Shown piece after piece: positions 30,861 through 40,651 of a DNA stretch of 64,000 nt. Within the stretch, counting starts at the first letter, position 1; each line of letters begins with the position of its first letter. The stretch is from Verrucomicrobia bacterium UBA3783. Its GTDB lineage: Bacteria > Verrucomicrobiota > Kiritimatiellia > RFP12 > UBA1067. Location of the stretch: NCBI GenBank assembly GCA_002369235.1, contig DFFF01000021.1:6797-70796 (forward strand), in the 5' to 3' direction. A model generated the notes under the pieces. The model had not been told where the DNA came from, made no database searches, and worked only from the letters and a program-made list of their open reading frames with translations. The position numbers and the translations under genes are program-made.

Positions 30861-31616
30861 ATGATCAAAGTTGGAATTATCGGATGCGGATTCGTCGGCG
30901 GCGCCCTGAAGGCGTGGCTCGAGGAAAACAACCCCGATGTGCGCATATTCGTCTCCGATCCTCCCAAGGGCTACAATGACGACCTTTCCGGCATTGATGT
31001 GGCGTTTTTGCAGATTCATGTTCCTACTGAAGACGACGGCACGCAGGATTTGACGCTCATGAAGGAGCTGATCATGAAGCTTCCCAAGGTCCCGGTATTC
31101 GTGCGCACGACGATTTTGCCGGGGACTTCGGATATGCTCAGCCGCGAGACCGGCCATCAGGTATGCTACATGCCAGAGTTTCTTACCGAGCGGACGCATA
31201 TTGAAGACTTCAAAAAGCAGACGATGGTCTTTACGGGCGCGGTGGAATTGCTCGCAAAGATTTTCAAGGGCAAGAAATTTGCGGTAATGACACCGTTGGA
31301 AGCGGAAATCACCAAGTATGCGCACAATGTCTTTGGCGCATACAAGGTGACCTATTTCAACGCCGTGCGCGAGTATTGCGAGAAAATGGGCGCCGACTGG
31401 GCGAATGTGCACAATGGCGTGCTCCTTTCCGGCTATATCAACGATACGCACACCTATGTGCCCGGACCGGACGGCAAGCGCGGATACGGCGGCAAATGTT
31501 TCCCAAAGGACGTAAACGCATTCGCGATGATGACGGCGGGTCAGCCGCTCGGCAGGTTGCTCGCGCCGCTGCACGAACTCAATGTCCACTTCCGCGGCTA
31601 CGAGGAGCGCATCTGA
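30861..31616 (+). CDS. truncated UDP-glucose/GDP-mannose dehydrogenase-family protein (no C-terminal sugar-nucleotide domain)
   Basis: IGCGFVGGA forms the Rossmann fold, and PEFLTER and the catalytic-Cys motif GGKCFPKD are present. The protein ends about 25 aa after that Cys, at 251 aa. Confidence 0.65.
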   Translation: MIKVGIIGCGFVGGALKAWLEENNPDVRIFVSDPPKGYNDDLSGIDVAFLQIHVPTEDDGTQDLTLMKELIMKLPKVPVFVRTTILPGTSDMLSRETGHQVCYMPEFLTERTHIEDFKKQTMVFTGAVELLAKIFKGKKFAVMTPLEAEITKYAHNVFGAYKVTYFNAVREYCEKMGADWANVHNGVLLSGYINDTHTYVPGPDGKRGYGGKCFPKDVNAFAMMTAGQPLGRLLAPLHELNVHFRGYEERI

Positions 31617-31618
31617 AG

Positions 31619-32734
31619 ATGAAGACGGTCCAGCTGGTGCCGGCGATGGAGCAGGGCGGCGTTGAACGCGGCGTCGTGGAGGTGAACAAGGCTTTGACGG
31701 CTCATGGCTGGGAGAATATCGTCGTCGCGCAGGGCGGCAGATTGCTGGAGAAAATCGAACAGGACGGCGGTCGTGTCGTGCGCATGGACATGAAGAGCAA
31801 GAATCCCTTGACCTTCTTCAGCCGGGCGCGGCAATTGCGCCGGTTTCTGGAGCGTGAACGCCCCGACGCCGTATGTGCGCATAGTCGCGTTCCGGCATGG
31901 CTTTTCGCGTCGGCAAATCGCAAGCTGGGTATTCCGTGGATTACCTTTGCGCATGGTGCAAACTCGATTTCCGCGTATTCGCGCATCATGACGCGCGGCA
32001 CGCTGACGGTCACGCCGTCGCGCTATATCGCGGAGTATCTAAAATCCGCATATGGAATCGATGAAGAGAAACTCTGCGTGATACCACGCGCCATCGACCG
32101 CGAAAAGTTCGACCCCGCGCATCTCGACCGCGAATTTATCGAATCGAAAAAACTCGAATGGCGCACCGAAGGGCGCAAAGTCGTCATGGGACTTGGTCGC
32201 ATCACCCAACTGAAGGGCTACGATACGCTTGTCCGCGCGGCGGCAATTGTGCGCGAGAAGATTCCAAATCTTCGGCTCGTGATTGTCGGAGAAGCCGAAG
32301 AAAAGCGCAAGGATGTGGAGGCTGCGCTCCGCGGTCTCGTGGATGAACTTGGGCTTGGCGATACTGTGGTGTTTGCCGGCAATCAGCAAAAGGTGGCGGA
32401 ATGCCTTTCGATAGCCGATGTCGTGGTTTCGTCCAATACGAAAAAGCCGGAGGCCTTCGGGCGCAGCATGGCCGAAGCGCTCGCGATGAACCGCCCGGTC
32501 GTGGCGACGGCGTTCGGAGGGGCTTTGGATATTGTCGAATCCGGGAAAAACGGAGTTTTGGTTCCTGTCGAACATGCAGACGCGGAAGGCTTCGCCGCCG
32601 CGATTCAAGAGGCGCTTGCATCCGATTTCGGCGATGTGCGCACCCCTGCGATCGAGAAATTTTCTTTTCCCAAGATGATAGCCGGTTCCATAGCCGCATA
32701 TGAACGGGTTGTCGAGGAAGGAGCGAAAAAATGA
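31619..32734 (+). CDS. GT4-family (GT-B) glycosyltransferase
   Basis: The N-terminus is MEQGGVERGVVEV, and the E-x7-E motif reads EAFGRSMAEALAMNRPVVAT. I chose the ATG at 31619, 2 nt after the upstream stop. Confidence 0.8.
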   Translation: MKTVQLVPAMEQGGVERGVVEVNKALTAHGWENIVVAQGGRLLEKIEQDGGRVVRMDMKSKNPLTFFSRARQLRRFLERERPDAVCAHSRVPAWLFASANRKLGIPWITFAHGANSISAYSRIMTRGTLTVTPSRYIAEYLKSAYGIDEEKLCVIPRAIDREKFDPAHLDREFIESKKLEWRTEGRKVVMGLGRITQLKGYDTLVRAAAIVREKIPNLRLVIVGEAEEKRKDVEAALRGLVDELGLGDTVVFAGNQQKVAECLSIADVVVSSNTKKPEAFGRSMAEALAMNRPVVATAFGGALDIVESGKNGVLVPVEHADAEGFAAAIQEALASDFGDVRTPAIEKFSFPKMIAGSIAAYERVVEEGAKK

Positions 32735-33816
32735 ACTTTGAAGAATTGCGAATCCTTCTTGTGGATAATTTGATGATTCGCAACTACGGTAATTTGCGCA
32801 TGGGTCCGGGGCGCAAATTGATGTGCGGCGCAATCCGCAACAATTGGCGCCTGTGCGAGTTTTCCGATCGCGACATGGCGCGTCTGCTTGCGCCGCTGGC
32901 AATCCGTCCGCTGGGCGGCAAAATCGCCAATAGGCGGCTTGTGCAGTGTGCGAGAAATTTTCGTCCAGATGTCGTGCTCCTCGGTCATTGCGACTATATA
33001 ACGAACGAAACACTCTTTGAAATCAGACGAATCCTGCCCACTGTAAAGATTGCGCATTTCAATGTGGATCCAATTTGGCAGGGACCGACACGGCGGCAAA
33101 TCGAAGATCGCATGGAAAGTTGCGACGGCATATTCGTCACTACTGCCGGCGAGGAACTCAAAACCTGGCTTACTGGCAAAAACTTCATGGCTTACATGCC
33201 CAATCCGTCCGATTCTTCCATGGAGCATGGCGACAACAGCCGCAAGGATGGCTTTGTGCGCGATCTTTTCTTCGCCGGCAATCCTCGCGCCGGAGACCCA
33301 AGATGGGATTTGCTCGCGGAAGTAATGCCCAAGATCAACGACAAATTGCGTGTGGAGTTGTTTGGTTCCGGAAGAATCCCCCGTTCTTCACTGCTGCCGC
33401 AGCCTGATGTGCTTAAACTATCGCCATCGATTTGGGGTGCCAAGTATGAAGAGGTGCTCTCCACTTCCAAAATGTCCCTCAATCTCAATCGCAGGGAAGG
33501 GGACAAGTGGTACTCGTCCGACCGCATCGCCCACCTCATGGGATATGGAATTCTCACCTTTCAATCGGACAAGAACGCCATGGACCGGTTTTTCTCGCCG
33601 GATGAAACAGTCTACTTCTCCGAGGCTGGCGATCTGGTCGATAAAATTCTCTTTTACCAGACGCATGATAACGAGCGCAAGCGCATTGCAGCCGCCGGCC
33701 GCGCCAAGTACCATCGCATCTTTTCAGGCGAGCGCGTCCTCAAGTTTATGATCGAGACACTATACAATATACAGTATACCGAACCCTATGAATGGGCAGA
33801 AGAGGTATACAGGTAG
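32731..33816 (+). CDS. CgeB-like glycosyltransferase family protein (Glyco_trans_1_2/DUF3880-like)
   Basis: The C-terminal pattern SLNLNR..SDRIAHLMGYGILTF..FFSPDETVYFSEAGDLVDKILFY..ERKRIAAAGRAKYHRIFSGERV matches the CgeB family. The start is in an ATGA overlap. Confidence 0.6.
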   Translation: MNFEELRILLVDNLMIRNYGNLRMGPGRKLMCGAIRNNWRLCEFSDRDMARLLAPLAIRPLGGKIANRRLVQCARNFRPDVVLLGHCDYITNETLFEIRRILPTVKIAHFNVDPIWQGPTRRQIEDRMESCDGIFVTTAGEELKTWLTGKNFMAYMPNPSDSSMEHGDNSRKDGFVRDLFFAGNPRAGDPRWDLLAEVMPKINDKLRVELFGSGRIPRSSLLPQPDVLKLSPSIWGAKYEEVLSTSKMSLNLNRREGDKWYSSDRIAHLMGYGILTFQSDKNAMDRFFSPDETVYFSEAGDLVDKILFYQTHDNERKRIAAAGRAKYHRIFSGERVLKFMIETLYNIQYTEPYEWAEEVYR

Positions 33817-33851
33817 TGTATTAGATATAGTGAACTTTTATATTTGGGCTA

Positions 33852-33881
33852 TTGACTTTACCCGCTTAGGTGTGGTATAAT
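33852..33881 (+). promoter_or_regulatory. promoter TTGACT-N18-TATAAT (TGGTATAATAC)
   Basis: It lies upstream of pflB. Confidence 0.65.
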
Positions 33882-33926
33882 ACGTAATATAGATTTCAAA
33901 CAACCGTAATTTGAGGAGACAAGCAA

Positions 33927-36188
33927 ATGAATGCAGTCATTGATGCCAAGGAACAGCCCGCGTGGGCTGGTTTTGTGGGTGGCCGCTGGACGAAGGATGT
34001 TAATGTCAGCGAGTTCATTCGCCTAAACTACACGCCTTATTATGGCGACGCGAGCTTCCTTGCGGATGCTGCACCTTCCACGGATGCGCTTTGGGGCAAG
34101 CTTCAGGAACTCCAGAAGGAGGAGCGCGCGAAGGGCGGCGTTCTCGATATGGACACCGATATCGTCTCTTCCATTACTTCGCATCCCGCAGGCTATCTCG
34201 ACAAGGATCTCGAGAAAATCGTAGGTCTTCAGACCGACAAGCCTTTGAAGCGCGCGTTTATGCCTTACGGCGGCATCAAGATGGCCGAGGAAGCTTGCAC
34301 TACGTATGGCTATACGCCCAGCGAGGAGCTTCACAAAATATTCAATGTCTACCACAAGACGCACAATCAGGCCGTGTTCGATTGCTACACGCCGGAAATG
34401 CGCGCGGCGAGAAAATCGCACATCATCACCGGGCTTCCCGATACCTACGGCCGCGGGCGCATAGTTGGCGACTATCGTCGCGTTGCGCTATACGGTATCG
34501 ACAAGCTGATCGAGGCAAAGGAGTATGACAAACTTCACAGCGGCATGGGTTCGATGGCCGAGGATGTCATCCGCCTGCGCGAAGAAGTCGCCGAGCAGAT
34601 CAAGGCGCTCAAGGCCATGAAGGTTATGGCGGCATCGTATGGCTTTGATATTTCCAAGCCTGCGATGAACGCTCGCGAGGCCGTCCAGTGGACATACTTC
34701 GGCTATCTCTGCGCGATCAAGACGCAGAACGGCGCGGCGATGTCGATCGGCCGCATTTCCACCTTCCTCGATATTTACATCGAGCGCGACCTTAAAAACG
34801 GCACGCTCACCGAGGAGGAGGCCCAGGAGCTTATCGACCATCTCGTGCTGCATTTGCGCATGGTCAAGTTCGCGCGCATTCCGAGCTACAATGAACTCTT
34901 CTCCGGCGATCCCGTTTGGGCTACGCTCTCGATTGGCGGTCTTGGTGCGGACGGTCGCAGCATGGTCACGAAGAATTGCTTCCGCTTCCTGCATACCCTC
35001 GAGACGATGGGGCCTTCGCCGGAACCGAATATGACGGTGCTCTACTCAAGCCGCCTGCCCGAGCCGTTCAAGAAATATGCCGCCAAGGTTTCGATCAATA
35101 CCTCGAGCGTGCAGTACGAGAACGACTGTGTCATGCGTCGCGTCTGGGGCGACGACTACGCAATCTGCTGTTGCGTGTCCGCCACGCAGACCGGCAAGGA
35201 AATGCAGTTCTTCGGCGCCCGCGCCAACCTCGCCAAGTGCCTTCTCTACGCCATCAACGGCGGCAAGGACGAAAAGAGCAAAGTGCAGGTTGCGCCCGAA
35301 TATCCGGCCATTACTGGCGAATACCTCGATTATGACGAGGTGATGAAGCGCTTCGACAACATGATGAGCTGGCTCGCCGGCCTCTATGTGCATATTCTCA
35401 ACCTCATCCACTATATGCACGACAAGTATTACTACGAGGCGGCGGAAATGGCGCTTATCGATACCGACGTGCGCCGCACCTTCGCTACCGGCATCGCCGG
35501 CTTTTCGCATACTGTGGACTCGCTTTGCGCCATCAAGTACAGCAAAGTCAAGGTTATCCGCGATGAAGACGGTATTGCGGTCGGTTATGAGGCGGAAGGC
35601 GACTTCCCGCGCTATGGAAACGACGATCCCCGTGCCGACGATATTGCCGAATGGCTGCTCACCGAATTCCTCGCGAAGGTCAAGAGCCATCACACCTACC
35701 GCAACGCCGAGCCTACCACCTCGATCCTCACGATCACATCCAATGTCGTCTACGGCAAGGCTACCGGCTCTACGCCGGACGGACGCGAGGGCGGCATGCC
35801 GTTCGCGCCCGGTGCGAATCCCAGCTATGGTGCGGAAAAGAGCGGGCTTCTCGCTTCGCTCAATTCGGTCGCCAAGCTCCCCTACGAGTATGCGCTCGAC
35901 GGCATTTCCAATACCCAGACGATTCATCCTTCGGCTCTCGGCAATACGCTTGAGGACCGTGTGAATACGCTCGTCTCGGTAATGGATGGCTACTTCAACA
36001 AGGGTGCGCATCATCTGAATGTGAATGTTTTCGGCACCGAGAAGCTTATCGATTGCATGGAGCATCCCGAAAAGCCGGAATATGCGAACTTTACCATCCG
36101 TGTCTCCGGCTATGCGGTCAAATTCATCGACCTCACCCGCGAACAGCAGATGGATGTGATTCGGCGCACATGCCACAAGAGCCTCTAA
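33927..36188 (+). CDS. pflB: pyruvate formate-lyase (formate C-acetyltransferase)
   Basis: 753 aa, with the catalytic Cys pair in ICCCVSAT and the glycyl-radical motif RVSGYAVKF near the C-terminus. Confidence 0.95.
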   Translation: MNAVIDAKEQPAWAGFVGGRWTKDVNVSEFIRLNYTPYYGDASFLADAAPSTDALWGKLQELQKEERAKGGVLDMDTDIVSSITSHPAGYLDKDLEKIVGLQTDKPLKRAFMPYGGIKMAEEACTTYGYTPSEELHKIFNVYHKTHNQAVFDCYTPEMRAARKSHIITGLPDTYGRGRIVGDYRRVALYGIDKLIEAKEYDKLHSGMGSMAEDVIRLREEVAEQIKALKAMKVMAASYGFDISKPAMNAREAVQWTYFGYLCAIKTQNGAAMSIGRISTFLDIYIERDLKNGTLTEEEAQELIDHLVLHLRMVKFARIPSYNELFSGDPVWATLSIGGLGADGRSMVTKNCFRFLHTLETMGPSPEPNMTVLYSSRLPEPFKKYAAKVSINTSSVQYENDCVMRRVWGDDYAICCCVSATQTGKEMQFFGARANLAKCLLYAINGGKDEKSKVQVAPEYPAITGEYLDYDEVMKRFDNMMSWLAGLYVHILNLIHYMHDKYYYEAAEMALIDTDVRRTFATGIAGFSHTVDSLCAIKYSKVKVIRDEDGIAVGYEAEGDFPRYGNDDPRADDIAEWLLTEFLAKVKSHHTYRNAEPTTSILTITSNVVYGKATGSTPDGREGGMPFAPGANPSYGAEKSGLLASLNSVAKLPYEYALDGISNTQTIHPSALGNTLEDRVNTLVSVMDGYFNKGAHHLNVNVFGTEKLIDCMEHPEKPEYANFTIRVSGYAVKFIDLTREQQMDVIRRTCHKSL

Positions 36189-36916
36189 AAGGACTTGTCC
36201 ATTCATACGAAACGTTCGGGGCCGTTGACGGCCCCGGCGTTCGTTTTATCGTCTTTTTGCGCGGTTGTCCCTTCCGTTGTCTCTATTGCCACAACCCCGA
36301 TACCTGGGCGGCGGCGAGCGGCGGCGAGACCGCCACTGCGCAGGATATCCTCTCGCGCGCCCTCCGCTACCGCGATTATTGGGGCGAGAAAGGCGGCATT
36401 ACCGTTTCGGGGGGAGAGCCGATGCTGCAGGCGCGTTTCGTCGCGGAACTGTTTGAAAAGTGCCATGAAATCGGCGTAAATACGTGCATCGATACGTGCG
36501 CCGGCGTTTTTTCGCGCGAAAATAGCGATATTCTGCGCCTTATCGATTTGACCGACACCATACTCCTCGACATCAAACATGCCGATCCTGCCCGACATCT
36601 CGAGCTTACTGGCGCAAAGCTTGATCCGGTGCTCGACTGTGCGAAATACCTGCAAGAAAAGGGCAAGCGGGTTTGGCTGCGTCATGTGCTTGTGCCAGGT
36701 TGGACGGACAGCGAAGAAGATTTGAAACGCCTTGCCGACTTGATTCGCCCCATGTCCAACATCGAGCGGGTCGACATCCTTCCGTATCACACTATGGGCG
36801 TCGAGAAGTGGCACAATCTAGGGCTTGAATACCGCCTTGAAGGCATAGAGCCGCCATCCGACGAGTCAATCTCGCGGGCTCGCGAAATTTTCAAGTCTGA
36901 TAAGCCTGCGGCGTAG
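36170..36916 (+). CDS. pflA: pyruvate formate-lyase activating enzyme
   Basis: It has [10 protein letters not shown] and the radical SAM cluster [15 protein letters not shown] chose the ATG at 36170, which overlaps the pflB end by 19 nt. Confidence 0.85.
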   Translation: MPQEPLKGLVHSYETFGAVDGPGVRFIVFLRGCPFRCLYCHNPDTWAAASGGETATAQDILSRALRYRDYWGEKGGITVSGGEPMLQARFVAELFEKCHEIGVNTCIDTCAGVFSRENSDILRLIDLTDTILLDIKHADPARHLELTGAKLDPVLDCAKYLQEKGKRVWLRHVLVPGWTDSEEDLKRLADLIRPMSNIERVDILPYHTMGVEKWHNLGLEYRLEGIEPPSDESISRAREIFKSDKPAA

Positions 36917-36925
36917 CCGCCGCGC

Positions 36926-37783
36926 CTACCGGATTGCGAGCGTCAGTTCGGCAAGCGAGGTTGAGGTTTTGACGAGCGGCCAACGATTTTTCCAGTACGG
37001 AATGTCTTGCCAGTAGGAAACTAGTTCCTTGATACGCCCCAGCACAGGCCGTTGCCCATGAAGTTCGGCGGCACTTTGGTCTATATAATTCAAAAGCAGT
37101 TCACGGCTGTCGCTTAATTTGCCTAGAGAAACCACAAAAGGCCGCCCGACCATGATGTCCGGGATGTCGGTCTGGGGCGCATCGGCGTTATAGTCGCCAT
37201 TGTAGACTACAGGCATTTTTGCCGCCGCACGTATCTCTTCAAACGTTTGAATGTCCGGTTTCCCTGTATACATTTGCCGTGCGGTTCTGGCGTGGACGGT
37301 AAGAAATCTCAGCGGATAGCGATTCAATATCGGCATAAGCCGGGCAAGTTCGTCCGGGCTGTCCACGCCAAGCCGCGCCTTGACCGAGAAGTTGCCCTCG
37401 CCCATTTCTTCGCATCCAGCCTTGACCATGGCTTCAAGTATGTCCGGCGTGCGCAAAAGTCCGCTGCCGCGACCTTTGTTGCGAACCATGGGGAATGGAC
37501 ACCCGCAATTGAGGTCGGCAGTCTTGTATCCCGCCGATTTGATCCTTTTTAGACAAAAGCGCAGGGCGGCGGGATCTTTGCCGATGAATTGCGGAGTGAC
37601 GGCAAGCGCTTCTTCCGCCGCACCCAATCCCTGCAATTCCCGATCGCGAAGAGGATCCACACCGTTCATCGCGCTTATGAATGGCGTGACGGCCTCTGTA
37701 AACCCGGCATCGGCGATTTGTCTGGAGAATGTCCTGCGGAAACACCGGATTGTAACGCCGCGAAGTGGTGCAAGTATCTTCAT
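36926..37783 (-). CDS. tRNA-dihydrouridine synthase family protein
   Basis: It has APLRGVT..FRR at the N-terminus and the Dus signature DLNCGCP. It is the only convincing minus-strand gene in the window. Confidence 0.8.
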   Translation of the reverse strand: MKILAPLRGVTIRCFRRTFSRQIADAGFTEAVTPFISAMNGVDPLRDRELQGLGAAEEALAVTPQFIGKDPAALRFCLKRIKSAGYKTADLNCGCPFPMVRNKGRGSGLLRTPDILEAMVKAGCEEMGEGNFSVKARLGVDSPDELARLMPILNRYPLRFLTVHARTARQMYTGKPDIQTFEEIRAAAKMPVVYNGDYNADAPQTDIPDIMVGRPFVVSLGKLSDSRELLLNYIDQSAAELHGQRPVLGRIKELVSYWQDIPYWKNRWPLVKTSTSLAELTLAIR

Positions 37784-37806
37784 TTTCTTTTTCCGCGCCT
37801 GACCAG

Positions 37807-37982
37807 CATCCCTAGTTTAGCATCCTTGACTTCGTAGTCCAGCCCTCTCGACTTCGTAGTCCAGCATTCTCGACTTCGTAGTCCAGCATTCTTTACTTCG
37901 TAGTCCAGCATTCTTTACTTCGTAGTCCAGCCCTCTTTACTTCGTAGTCCAGCAGTCTTTACTTCGTAGTCCGTTTTCTGTC
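37807..37982. repeat. tandem array of a 22-bp repeat, 7 good copies plus 1 degenerate (core ACTTCGTAGTCCAGC)
   Basis: The core starts at 37829, 37851, 37873, 37895, 37917, 37939 and 37961, an exact 22-bp period. A degenerate copy lies at 37807-37828. The array sits in the divergent dus / rpiB-glyA intergenic region. Confidence 0.95.
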
Positions 37983-38032
37983 CTTTTGACCTTTCTGAAT
38001 CTTCAATTCTCAAGAATTATAGCAAAAAACCA

Positions 38033-38062
38033 TTGAAAAAACAAGCAGATTTTTGATATAAT
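38033..38062 (+). promoter_or_regulatory. promoter TTGAAA-N18-TATAAT (GATTTTTGATATAAT)
   Basis: The -10 ends 9 nt before the rpiB-glyA ATG. Confidence 0.6.
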
Positions 38063-38071
38063 ATACAGGGT

Positions 38072-39757
38072 ATGAAAATAACTATTGCAAGCGATCATGG
38101 CGGCGTGGAATTGAAGTCCATGCTCATTGCGACTTTATCGGCTGGATTTGGCCGGACTGTTCTCGATTTTGGCCCAGTCTCAAAAGACAGTTGCGACTAT
38201 CCCGACTACGCCCTCAAGGTAGCCATGTCGATATCGGCGCATGAGGCCGATTTCGGCATTCTGATTTGCCGCAGCGGTATCGGTATGGCAATGGCGGCAA
38301 ACCGCTTTCAGGGCGTGAGGGCGGCAGTTTGCCAGACGGTGGACGCGGCGGTCACTACGCGTCAGCACAATGGCGCGAACGTCCTTTGCCTCGGCGCGGA
38401 TGTCGTCAGCCCCGCCTACGCCGCGGAAATCGTCGAAGCCTTCATTTCCACTCCGGTCGATACGAGCGAGCGCCATGCGCGCCGCCGGGCGAAGCTGGAA
38501 CGCGCCGGGCGTTTGAGCGATGTGAGCGGACTTGCGGCGGAAGACCCGGAAATCTACGCCACGGTTTTGGCGCAGTCCCGTCAGGAGGACACGGAAATCA
38601 ACCTTATCGCGTCGGAGAACTTTACTTCCCGCGCTTGCCGGGAGGCGGCGGGCAGCGTGCTCATGAACAAGTATGCTGAGGGCTATCCGGGCAAACGCTG
38701 GTATTCCGGCTGCATTCCGGTGGACAGTGCCGAGACGCTGGCGATTGAACGCGCCAAGAAGCTTTTCGGCGCCGAGCATGCGAATGTCCAGCCGCACTGC
38801 GGAAGCGCGGCGAATATGGCGGTGTATTTCGCGACGATCAAGCCTGGCGAGACCATCATGTCCATGGCGCTCGATCAAGGCGGACATCTTTCGCATGGTT
38901 CGCCGGTCAATTTCTCCGGCAAAATCTACAATATCGTTCCGTATACCGTGGACAAGGCGACCGAGCGGCTGGACTACGACGCGCTTGAAAAGCAGGCTTT
39001 GGAGGTGAAGCCGAAGATTCTGCTCGCCGGTGCGAGCGCGTATCCGCGCATGATCGACTTCAAGCGCATCCGCGAGATTTGCGACAAGGCCGGATGCATC
39101 ATGATGGTGGATATGGCGCATATTGCCGGACTCGTCGCTGGCGGTGCTCACCCTTCGCCCGTGCCTTATGCCGATTTCGTCACCACGACGACCCACAAGA
39201 CGCTTGGCGGACCGCGCGGCGGCATGGTGCTTTGCAAGGCTAAATACGCCAAGGCGCTGGATTCCGCAGTGTTTCCGGGAATGCAGGGCGGTCCTTTGGA
39301 GAATATAATCGCCGCCAAGGCGGTTTGCTTCAAGGAGTGGCTCGGCGAAGCGAAGCGCGGCTATGCGCAGCAGGTCGTCAAGAATTGCCAGGTCCTTTGC
39401 CGGACGGTTCAGGATCGCGGCTACCGGATTGTTTCCGGGGGGACTGACAACCACCTCTTCCTCGTAGACGTGAAATATACCAAAGGCGTCACCGGCAAGG
39501 ATGCCGCCGCTGCACTCGATGCAGCCGGAATCGTCGTCAACAAGAATACGATTCCCTACGATACCGAGAGTCCGTTCAAGACATCCGGCATCCGCGTGGG
39601 CACGGCCTCGGTCACGACACGCGGCATGCGCGAGGCGGAGATGATCAAGATCGGCACTTGGATCGCCGACGTGCTCGATGATGTTTCCAATCTCAGTGTT
39701 CAGGCGAGGGTGAAGCGCGAGGCTGGCGAACTCGCGCTTGGCTTCCCGGCGCCGTAG
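38072..39757 (+). CDS. rpiB-glyA: ribose-5-phosphate isomerase B fused in frame to serine hydroxymethyltransferase
   Basis: aa 1-~150 form a complete RpiB/LacAB domain ([26 protein letters not shown]). From ~aa 165 there is a full GlyA ([12 protein letters not shown]-Lys motif [13 protein letters not shown]). It is a single 561-aa ORF with no internal stop. Confidence 0.85.
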   Translation: MKITIASDHGGVELKSMLIATLSAGFGRTVLDFGPVSKDSCDYPDYALKVAMSISAHEADFGILICRSGIGMAMAANRFQGVRAAVCQTVDAAVTTRQHNGANVLCLGADVVSPAYAAEIVEAFISTPVDTSERHARRRAKLERAGRLSDVSGLAAEDPEIYATVLAQSRQEDTEINLIASENFTSRACREAAGSVLMNKYAEGYPGKRWYSGCIPVDSAETLAIERAKKLFGAEHANVQPHCGSAANMAVYFATIKPGETIMSMALDQGGHLSHGSPVNFSGKIYNIVPYTVDKATERLDYDALEKQALEVKPKILLAGASAYPRMIDFKRIREICDKAGCIMMVDMAHIAGLVAGGAHPSPVPYADFVTTTTHKTLGGPRGGMVLCKAKYAKALDSAVFPGMQGGPLENIIAAKAVCFKEWLGEAKRGYAQQVVKNCQVLCRTVQDRGYRIVSGGTDNHLFLVDVKYTKGVTGKDAAAALDAAGIVVNKNTIPYDTESPFKTSGIRVGTASVTTRGMREAEMIKIGTWIADVLDDVSNLSVQARVKREAGELALGFPAP

Positions 39758-39763
39758 CGAATC

Positions 39764-40651
39764 ATGGCAAAGGTTGCGGTCGTAGGCATCGTGGGACGCA
39801 CCAACGCCGGAAAATCGACGCTGGTCAATACGCTTGTTGGCGAGAAGGTTTCGATTGTCTCGCCCGTGGAGCAGACGACGCGCAATACGGTGCGCGGCAT
39901 CGTCGACGACGCCCGCGGCCAGCTCGTGCTCCTGGATACTCCCGGGCTCCACAAGGCTGAAGGTCCGCTGGGCACGCTCTTGAACCGCATGGCGCGGCGC
40001 AGCGCCGCCGGCACGGATATCACTTGCGTGGTGTTCGACGCCGCCCAGGAACCGCAGCTTGAAGACTTGGGGTGGATGCAGCGCATCGCCAGGGAGAAAC
40101 CCGAAAAAACGGTTTTCGTGCTCAACAAGGCGGACTCGGTTTCGTTTTGCGCGAGTGCGTTCAAAGCGGCGTGGGAGGGTGATTTCGAGCCGCGCTGGGT
40201 GGAGTCGGTAGCGACTTCGCCCGATGGCGTCAAGGCGGTTCTGGACGCGCTTTTCGAACTTGCCGAAGACGGCGAATATCTCTTCGATCGCGATATCGTG
40301 ACCGACTATCCGCGCAAGTTGGCGATGGCCGATACGATCCGCGAAAAGTATCTCGGCCGGTTGCATCAAGAGGTGCCGCACGAGCTGGGGGTTGCCGTCA
40401 AGAAAATCGAAGAGTCCGGCGAGGCGTGGAATGTCAAGGCCGATGTCATCGTCGCCAGAGCGTCGCAAAAGCCGATTGTCATCGGGCGCGGGGCGGAGAC
40501 GATCAAGGCGGTGAGGAAATGCGCAGAGCGCGAACTCTCGGATGTTTTCGGCGTCAAGGTGCGGCTGGAACTGTGGGTCAGGGTGGAACCCGACTGGATG
40601 GGCAACAAGCGGCTTTTGGGCGAGATGGGATATTTGGGGGCGGAGATATGA
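39764..40651 (+). CDS. era: GTPase Era
   Basis: G1 GRTNAGKST, G3 DTPG and G4 NKAD are present, followed by a C-terminal KH domain. Confidence 0.9.
   Translation: MAKVAVVGIVGRTNAGKSTLVNTLVGEKVSIVSPVEQTTRNTVRGIVDDARGQLVLLDTPGLHKAEGPLGTLLNRMARRSAAGTDITCVVFDAAQEPQLEDLGWMQRIAREKPEKTVFVLNKADSVSFCASAFKAAWEGDFEPRWVESVATSPDGVKAVLDALFELAEDGEYLFDRDIVTDYPRKLAMADTIREKYLGRLHQEVPHELGVAVKKIEESGEAWNVKADVIVARASQKPIVIGRGAETIKAVRKCAERELSDVFGVKVRLELWVRVEPDWMGNKRLLGEMGYLGAEI

Noticed and set aside
36908-36923. A short GC hairpin (GCGGCG-TAGC-CGCCGC) between the convergent pflA and dus genes, considered as a bidirectional terminator.
   Set aside because: The stem is only 6 bp. It overlaps the pflA stop codon and has no flanking T- or A-tracts, which is too weak to call.
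37807-37982. The tandem repeats considered as a CRISPR array.
   Set aside because: The repeats are directly adjacent with a 22-bp period and no unique spacers. They are not palindromic, and there are no cas genes in the window.
37807-38062. A 22-bp direct-repeat array followed by an AT-rich stretch, considered as an iteron-type replication origin or a plasmid/phage ori.
   Set aside because: The same repeat family occurs at two other intergenic loci in the window. No rep, dnaA or partition gene is adjacent, and I see no DnaA-box cluster. The AT-rich part is explained by the consensus promoter of rpiB-glyA. I keep it only as an unexplained repeat family.
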